From a virus, in the IMG/VR virus record IMGVR_UViG_3300020204_000006: a stretch of 64,000 nucleotides of DNA; one strand, given 5' to 3'. Under the pieces are notes generated by a model. That model was not told the origin of the DNA and searched no databases. It saw nothing but the letters and a program-made list of their open reading frames with translations. Below, one piece after another: positions 9,289 through 18,000 of this stretch (its first letter is position 1; each line of letters opens with the position of its first letter). The position numbers and the translations under genes are program-made.

Positions 9289-10832
9289 CAAATGAAGAAA
9301 ACTATTTAAATTTAGAAATATATGGCAAAAAAAATGAATATTCTTCTACTATAGAGGGTAAAAATCCTATTTTTAGAATAAGGTACGATAAAGAAAATGT
9401 AAACTCTTTTTCAAGCAATATTTCTGGGTATATAAAAGCAAAGTTTTTAGTAGAAAATTCTAATAATTTTATATATTTAAATGGATATTTTTATGATAAA
9501 AATGGAAATGAATTTAAAAAAGTTGAATATTTATTAAGTGGTAATAATATATACAACATGTACTCTTACTTTAAGAGTACTCCTGGCATAGGAATCAGAA
9601 TAGAAACTTCAAATCTTAGTTTTCTTTTTAGTGACTTTAAGCAGTATGAATCTGTTTATTATAATGGTTGGTATTATATATGTGCTTCTAAAGGATCCTT
9701 CCAAAAAAATTCTTATAGATCTGCTTTTTTAGGATCTTCTACATTTGATAGTTCTTTATATTATGACATGTTCTACACTATGTCTGACATTAATTCTCAG
9801 ACATATCTTCCAAGCGAATTTAAAAATAGTATTGGCGGTTACCTTTCTGATGGAAATGTTTTTGGAAATAGTTTTTTAATAGAAAACATGTACCCAGATT
9901 CTATAAATATAAGTATTCATGATCATGGTATATCTGATGGCCTTCAGCAAGGTAGTGTTATTGAAATAACAATAGATGAAGAAATAATGTCTGTTGAATT
10001 TATGAGAGCTGAGCAGCAGGGTAATATTGCTTTTTTTAAGATAATAGAAAGAGGCCTTTATTTTACTCCTATTCAGGGCCATATTATAAATTCTAAAGTA
10101 AAAAGAAATGATAAAACAGATATATTTAATTTTACATTTGATGAGTCTGGTCAGTATTTTACTCAGTTTAGATGTCTTGGTTTAAATATTAATGCTCAAC
10201 AGGGTGATTTCGTATGCTCAAACATATCTGCAAGATTTTCATGGGAGTCATCTCCATATTATACATATGATTTTGCTTTTGAAATACCATTATTTGAGAG
10301 AGTTATTTCAAGTAGTATATCAGGAAACAATTTTTCAATTAATGTTAACGAACTCTTGAAGGATTTATTGCTTTCAAGGTTTAATTCTAATTCAGTTTTT
10401 TCTCCATCACTTCTTGTTGGTATGCCTATAGTTGTTAATTCTACTGATGGCTCTTCTCATAAAAGATATATATCTAGTTATAACTCATCAACAAATCAAA
10501 TTATTTTTAATGAACCACTTCCATTTTCAATATCAATTAGTGATCAGGTTATTTTTGGTCCATCTCCCTCTAGGTCTTCAGTAAAAGGTATATCTATGGA
10601 TGAAAGCTCAGATCCTAGATTTAGTGGCTTCCTGGGTGTTGTTAGATATCAGGCAATAGGTGCATTGCAAAATATTTTATTACCAATACCTCCAATATTT
10701 ACACAAAGGTATTCATCAACCATAAAATCAATGGATACAATTTATATTTGGATTAAACGAGTTATTAAAAATAATAATATAAATAATTTCGACCAAAGAC
10801 TTTTTATGAATTTTGATTGCGAGGTAAATTAA
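9285..10832 (+). CDS. ORF3: 515-aa putative phage structural protein
   Basis: ATGA overlap with ORF2. Motifs SIGGYLS...TQFRCLGLN...IYIWIKRVI resemble a phage virion-protein pattern; the IDEEIMSV...IERG...H unit is a small beta module common in phage structural proteins. Confidence 0.7.
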   Translation: MTNEENYLNLEIYGKKNEYSSTIEGKNPIFRIRYDKENVNSFSSNISGYIKAKFLVENSNNFIYLNGYFYDKNGNEFKKVEYLLSGNNIYNMYSYFKSTPGIGIRIETSNLSFLFSDFKQYESVYYNGWYYICASKGSFQKNSYRSAFLGSSTFDSSLYYDMFYTMSDINSQTYLPSEFKNSIGGYLSDGNVFGNSFLIENMYPDSINISIHDHGISDGLQQGSVIEITIDEEIMSVEFMRAEQQGNIAFFKIIERGLYFTPIQGHIINSKVKRNDKTDIFNFTFDESGQYFTQFRCLGLNINAQQGDFVCSNISARFSWESSPYYTYDFAFEIPLFERVISSSISGNNFSINVNELLKDLLLSRFNSNSVFSPSLLVGMPIVVNSTDGSSHKRYISSYNSSTNQIIFNEPLPFSISISDQVIFGPSPSRSSVKGISMDESSDPRFSGFLGVVRYQAIGALQNILLPIPPIFTQRYSSTIKSMDTIYIWIKRVIKNNNINNFDQRLFMNFDCEVN

Positions 10833-10833
10833 T

Positions 10834-12033
10834 ATGCCATATTCATTTGACAGGACATTTGCATATCAATTTGATCAGAGTCTTAGTCCATATTCTTATT
10901 TTATAAATTCCATACCAAATATTACTGCTTTTAATGCGGATAGTTCTTCAATTGTAACAGATATTGAATATGTTTCTAGCTCAAATAATAAAAATAGTAT
11001 TTCTATGAAGAACGGGGTTGAGTACAAGATTATTGTTGATTCTTTGAGCAAAAAATATTTTGGTCCTTATCCAAATAGTTCTTCCGGTACCGATTGGGTT
11101 TTTTGTATTGACTATTTTTCCACATCTTTTGGTTCTATAGTTGCCAATCAGCAGTCTGTTACAAGAAGAAGAATGCTTGCTTGTCAAGCTAGGGTTTCTC
11201 TTGATGCTTCAACAAACGAGTATGTGATATTTAATGATGCATCTTCAAATAAGTTTAGTGAATTTTTTATATTTGAAGAATCAACTGACAATCCAGATAT
11301 AAGCTCCATTCATTTTTGGATTAGAAAAAACAATTCATCAGAATATTACAAATTTAAAACAGAAAATTTTTCCGTCAACAAATGGACAAATCTTGTTATA
11401 TCTATGGGTCAGCCTGCAATTCCAGAGCCAGGTAATAGCGATCCTACAGAGTCTTATTTTTTAAAAATTTATGTTAATTGCCAAGAATTGACATACTCTA
11501 TATATGGAGAGGCTCCTTCTCAGTATTCAAATACAGTAGAATATTTTTCCTTACCATCTCCCGAAAACTGCTTTGACTTTGTTCTAAACTCAAGATGTTT
11601 TGGTGATTCTTTTAGGAGTGTACGTCTTTCTAGTCTTATTAATGAGGTTTCTTGTTTTAATAGAAGATCTGATGATTTTGAAGACAGACCATATTTTACA
11701 GAAAAAGACGTTTTTGATATTTACAATTATGGGATAGTTACTAATATGTTTGACACATATAAAGTTACTGGTGGTAAATTTTTAATTAAAAGTTCTATAC
11801 CTTCAACTGTTAGGGTATTGTGCGCTGAAGGGTCTTCAGAAGGTCAATATTTGGGTTTAAGTGATGGAAGATTATTGGAGTCAAAGGAGTCGGTATGGCA
11901 ATATTCGAAATTACTTAATAGCCAAGAGTCTTTAAATAGTATAAATGTTATTGGCATAACAAATAACTTTTCTACTGTTATTGTTCCTGGTTCTGGAATT
12001 AAATTTACTGGATCAATAGTTGAATTAGAATAA
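10834..12033 (+). CDS. ORF4: 399-aa LamG/concanavalin-A-like domain protein
   Basis: SIHFWIR...KWTNLVIS...LKIYVN...INEVSCFNR...DVFDIYN follows the Laminin_G_3 pattern. Confidence 0.75.
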   Translation: MPYSFDRTFAYQFDQSLSPYSYFINSIPNITAFNADSSSIVTDIEYVSSSNNKNSISMKNGVEYKIIVDSLSKKYFGPYPNSSSGTDWVFCIDYFSTSFGSIVANQQSVTRRRMLACQARVSLDASTNEYVIFNDASSNKFSEFFIFEESTDNPDISSIHFWIRKNNSSEYYKFKTENFSVNKWTNLVISMGQPAIPEPGNSDPTESYFLKIYVNCQELTYSIYGEAPSQYSNTVEYFSLPSPENCFDFVLNSRCFGDSFRSVRLSSLINEVSCFNRRSDDFEDRPYFTEKDVFDIYNYGIVTNMFDTYKVTGGKFLIKSSIPSTVRVLCAEGSSEGQYLGLSDGRLLESKESVWQYSKLLNSQESLNSINVIGITNNFSTVIVPGSGIKFTGSIVELE

Positions 12034-12034
12034 A

Positions 12035-15000
12035 ATGATACCTATAGTCAAAATAAACGGTTCTTCTGATATATTAAGTGGGGTTAGGTGTAGGCCTAAT
12101 GATGTTCATATTAGTTGGTCTTTTTCAGATTACGCTAGCATAAATTTTGAATCTTTAAAATTTGATTTAAGGATTAGTGGATCTAGCGATAATCACGGAA
12201 CTAATAGTTTTGAAGGAGACAGGTTTAGTATATCTAATTTTTCAGCCTCAGTTGGTAGCTATATATTCTCTCCATCTTTACCTTTAGGCAGAAATCTTCA
12301 ATACTTTGGTCAAATAAAGTTTTATGACAATAATTCTTCTTCTAATTGGGTTTCTTTTATACTAAAAGTTAATCACACTCCATTTGTCATAGATGCAAAA
12401 TATTTAAATTCTACGTTTAGTATTGATAATGATTTAGTTATTGATTTCCAAAAAAGCAGAGAAGAAATTTCTGTTGAAATAAGTTGGTTTAGAAATAATG
12501 TTTTGCAAACTAATTTGAAAAATTCAAAAATTGTTCCATCCGGTAGAATATCATATAATGATATATGGTATGCTCAGATACTGGCTTTTGATGATCTTGA
12601 AGCAGGAATAGCTGTAAGTCTACCAGCTGTTCAGATTAAGGCAGAGACTCCTGTAGTAAGTTACTTGCAAATACTTCCTCCTGATCCAGTTGAAGAAGAC
12701 ATACTTGAGGGATCATATTCTCTTATAGAAGGATTGCCTTCTGGTTCTTTTGGAGATGTAATTTTTAATGATGCAAGTGAAATTAAATGGTATGTTAATG
12801 ACGAGCTTATAGAGACGGTAAATAACAGAAAATTTGTAAGATTAAATTTAAGACAAGATGATGTTGTCTACTTTACTGTGAGACCTGAAAATTTTTCTAA
12901 CTTTGGTTCAGTTGTAAAAAGTGAATCAAAAATAATACAATCTTCTGGTTATTTTGTTTTTGACATGTCAATAGATGGCAAATTCTCTAATCCAGTGGTT
13001 TCTAGTGACCAGCCTGTGATAAGATGGAAGTTAAAAAAACCAGGAAATAAAAATCCTAACTTTTTTAAAATTATAATAGGTACAAGAGATGGATCTAATG
13101 ATATCTTGTCATTTATAGGTAAATATGAAAATGATTATTATACCATTCCTGCCCAAGCTCTAAAGCCTGGTGCAAGATATTTTGTATCTATTTCTGTTTC
13201 TTATGATGATAAAAATTTTAGAAATTTTGGAAAAATAAATTTCTATTTCTCAGGTAAATTTTGGAAAGAAAATGTTTCAAACCAAGTAGGGTATACTCTC
13301 TTATTAAAATCAAAAATTCACAATGTCGGTTCTGATGAGCCAAGTCAATTAGCTGGATATTCTATGCAATTTTCAGACGGTGTATTTTATTATGAAGTTA
13401 TAGAATATTTGAATAAGACTTTGGTTATATTTGACACTTCTTCAAAAATAGAATTTACCAATAATAACGCTCAGTATCACGAAACTTTAATTGGAGTAAT
13501 TGGTAATAGATTCTTTCTTTTTGTTAATGGCGTTAAAAAAATGGATTCAACATATTTGGTTTCTTCTTCTACGCAAAAGTTCATTACTTTAAGATCAAGA
13601 CCAGATGGAGAAAAAGAAGTTGCACTAGAGGTTGAAAAATTAAATATAAATGTTGATGGCATATTTGAGCCTGGAGTTTCATCCATATATGCCGCTCAAA
13701 GTTTTGAAGAAAGAGCATTTTTTCCAGAAGGCTTTATATCTTCGATGGCTGCCAAAGATAATCACTTTATAGTTTCCGTAAATTCTTTTAACTTTAAAGA
13801 GTCTTCTAAGCTTTACAAATTTACTCCTGATCAAAATTTTATAGATTTTAATCTTAATTCGACACAAAATCAGTACTCTAATATATCAGTTGACAATTTT
13901 ACGTTTAATGGTATAGAGTTGTCTCCCAATGGTAAAAAACTGTCTATATATCATAGTAGGGGTATAAGTATATTTAACGACTTACCAGTATTCGGATGGG
14001 ACATAAATACTCCGTGTAGCTCTGTTGTTGATTTAGAAAAAGATGGATGGAATCTTGTCTCTTCTTCTCCAAGGTCCTTTAGAGTTGAATCTAGCTGCTT
14101 TGAGTTTGATACCAGTTTCGCAAATAATGGTAAAACTTCATTTAACATATTTTCTGGTTCTGTTTCTGTAGCAAAAATTGAAAAAAACAATTTTTTTAAT
14201 ATTGTTGATTACTCAATGTCTTATCAAAACAATATTTTGTCCATAACAAAAATTTCTGGTTCTGATGAATATATAGATTCTGTATCGATTGATCTTTCTG
14301 GTAAGAATATATCAGACATGGTTAGTATATTAAAGAACATAAACATAAGTTCTTTACCCGATAATAATATCCCATTTGGTGTTTTTTATGAAATATTTTT
14401 AGTTGAAAAATATTCTGGTATACCTTGTAGCAGGATAGCTTCTTTTAATGATTCTATTTTTGATTTTATAGATATATTGATATCTGATTTTGAAGATTCT
14501 TTCGATCCATACGCTGCAAATGCATATTCCAGTATAAATAATTCCTATTCCTATCTGTCTCAAAATTTTGCTGGAGATCAATGGGATACACTTGCTTCTA
14601 ATAAAATCGGATATACATTTAAATTTGATGTTCAATCTCTTTTGGCAGAAGATGGTTTGAGTCCAAATAAGCTAAACCATGATGGATCTTTTGGTATATA
14701 TTTAAATGATGGAAGTTATAAACTTAAAATAGATACTTTGCCTGATTCATTAATTGTAAATGGAATAAAGTCATCAAATATTGATCTTTCTTCAAACTTT
14801 TCATCATTTCATGTTGCTGTAAAAGATGGCAAATATAGACTTTTTAATAAGAATGTTGACGGATGGATTGCCATTGACGAAGGAGACATGGAATCTGTTA
14901 ATGTTTCTGGAATAGATAAGGACAATATATCTTGCAGTGCAAGATCTGGTAAAAAAGTAATATTTTGGGAAGAATCAAATTCAGATGGCAAATTAATAAA

Positions 15001-18000
15001 ATTTATAATTAAAATACCAGGTGGACCATGGTCTAGTCCCGCTATAGCTGTTGGTCCTGACTACTACGCATCAAAACCTTCTAGTTGTATAGATAGTTTT
15101 GGAAACGTTCATTTGGTGTTTGAGATATACGCTAATAGTAAATCTGACATAGGTTACTCTGTGTATAAAAATGGTAAATGGTCAACTCCAGTAAAAATAG
15201 TTGATCAGTCTGGATCTAGTATTGGCCCCAAAATACTTGTAGATGAATATAATAATATGTATATGTCTTGGATTGATAAAAAATTTGGAAAGTCAGATAT
15301 ATTCTTTTGCCAGTATAATTTCTCTCAGTCTAGATGGCTAAGTTCTGGTTTTTCTGGTTTTGATTCACAGGTTTCCAGTTCGGAAGTAGAAGTTTCTAAT
15401 ATAGATCATGCTTATAAGGCTGGAAATTATTTTGTTGTTTGGAGTGAAAAGAATATATTTGGAAGAAAGAAAATAAAACTTGCTAGATACAATTCTGGAT
15501 CAAAGTCTTGGAACAGTGCCCACTCTGGAGGAACAGATTTTGATGTAAGTAATATTGATAGCAAACAGGCAGATTTTCCAAGTATCTGTATAGATTTTGA
15601 CAATAATGTTCACATTGTATGGCAAGACATTTTGAATGGATTTAATAGAATTTATTACAGACAGATATCACCTGGTCTTTCTTCTCTTACTGTACCAAAA
15701 ATTATAACTTCCGTTTCTTACAATTTTGATTGTGTAAGGCCATATTTGTCTCTTATTGATGATATAACGGATCCATATACATCAAAAAATGGAGATTTGG
15801 TATTAAATTTTTACAAACCAAGAAATTACAGTGTTGATCCGTATAATCAAGAAATAAATTCTTCGTCAATAGAAAATTCAATTCAAGAAATATATACCGC
15901 AAGATGGTCTAGAGAATATAGAAATTGGCTTTCTTCTGGAAGTAAAGTAGAAGAAGAGGGAGGGTATGACACTAGAATAGTTCTTCCTGAAACAAGGTAT
16001 GTGAATTTATTTACAAGTCCAAAATCGATTGAGGATATACAGGACATATTTTATCTTGGTATTGATTCCAACATAGAAAATTCGTCAATATATTTATATA
16101 ATATAAAATATGATTTATCTTTTAATCCAGGTGCTTATTCTGTAGGTATTGATTCTTATTCTGGTTTTGATCCAGACGAAATTCTAGTTGCAGATTTGAA
16201 TAGAAAATCTTTAATATTTGGTTCCTCTTCAAACTCAATTTCTGGAAAATTGAGATTTAAAAACATAAAGTTTAGTTTTTCTGAAAGTAGGGATCCATTT
16301 TATATTGATCTAATTGGTCCCACTACATATAATTTACCAGACATAAATTATGTATATGCAAGGCCTAATAACTATGGTGATGTTTGGACAAAAACACTTA
16401 AAAATATAATATTTGTTTCTGCAAGAAAAAATTTAGTTTTTGATTCTTCTGATATTAAAAACGACAACATAACGCATTTTGTTTCTTCTTCTGGATTTAC
16501 AAAATCTGACAATATTAATTGTTTAAAGTTTGATTCATTTGGAAATATGATTGTTAGTGTAAAGCAAAAATTACTTTTTTCAAATGATCATTTTAGATTC
16601 TTTGTATTAAATGTTACAGGAGAAGGCTCTAGTGTACTAAGTAAAAATTTCAACTATATACTTGAATTTAATGATAATTTAGTTTTAATAAGTGATTCTG
16701 ATATTATTGTAATTAAAAACTATAAAAATTCAATAATACAAAAAATACCTTTTATTGATCCATACGAATCAGATAATATATTTTCTATAAATTTGACTTT
16801 AGGAGAAAATTTAGAGATAGTTAGATATCCACTTTCTTCAATTTCAGCTAGTATAAATAAAATTTATTCTGCTTCTTCTGATCAAAACTATTTATGGATA
16901 TGCACAAATGCTGGGGTCTATCAAATAGATTCTAAGTTAAATTCAAATTCTTATGTTCAGCAATTTTCTGATGAGCTAAACTTTAGTTATCCTGCGATCT
17001 CGGTAGAATGTGTCGATGACAATCTTAGATTTTTTGCAACAAGCAATAAAATATTTCTATCAAGTGGTTCTTCTATAAAATCAGTTGATACAATCGCAAG
17101 ATATGTTGGAATACAGGGATCTGACAAAGATTTCTTGCAGGACGCAGAACTATTTAATATTAATGACATAAAATCCGTAAAGTACATAGATAGTAAAAAT
17201 TTATTAATTGTTTCTTCTAACTATATATATAGACTTATATTTAAAGACATATATTCTTATCAGACAGAATACATACAAATTTTTGATAGATCAAATATAA
17301 ATATAGTTTTTGATACAAATGTTGAACAAGTTCAAAATTCACAATCCCTATCTGAGCCAAGACAAAAATTTGTTTTTCCTCCCGTTCAGGATGACGGTGA
17401 AGGTAAATATTATGTTGAGGTTTATTTGAATAAAAAGAGAATAACCAGAGGTTATAGAATTAGCACTAAATATGGAATTATATATTTTGAAGATAAAATA
17501 CTGCCAAATGATGAGGTATATATAAAGGTAAGAAAAGATATAAGAATTTACAATGATTATTCTCAAAATAGAGCTGAGATAGAGGCATTCGGACCAAAGA
17601 CATTTAGTGTGGAAAATCTTATAACTCAAAATAATTCTATATATTCAGTAATAAGTGATGGGGTGACCGACGCGATTACTACAAGAAATGAAATAATTAA
17701 ATTGCCATACGATGAGGTCACTATTGATAAGGAGCCCCCTATTGCTAAACTTAGATACGTCGAACAGGTTGGTCCTAATACAATTAAACTTCAGTTTATA
17801 AAGCTAGAGGATGTAGATGGTAATTTGGTTGATTATGATAAGGTCAGTGGTATATCTGGAATGGTTATATCTAATTATGATAATTTTACCTCAGACGGAA
17901 CAAACAATAAGCCATTCGTTCCTTTCCAGGAAGAGTTTTTATTTGATGTAGATCTAGGCTCTTCTTCTGGATCTGTGTCCGCTAATCTTCCTCAGGGTGT

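Noticed and set aside
12031-12037. TAAAATG resembling the poxvirus/NCLDV late promoter TAAATG
   Set aside because: The operon-like packing, ATGA/TAATG overlaps and bacterial domain repertoire favour a phage, and the spacer base varies (A/T/C).
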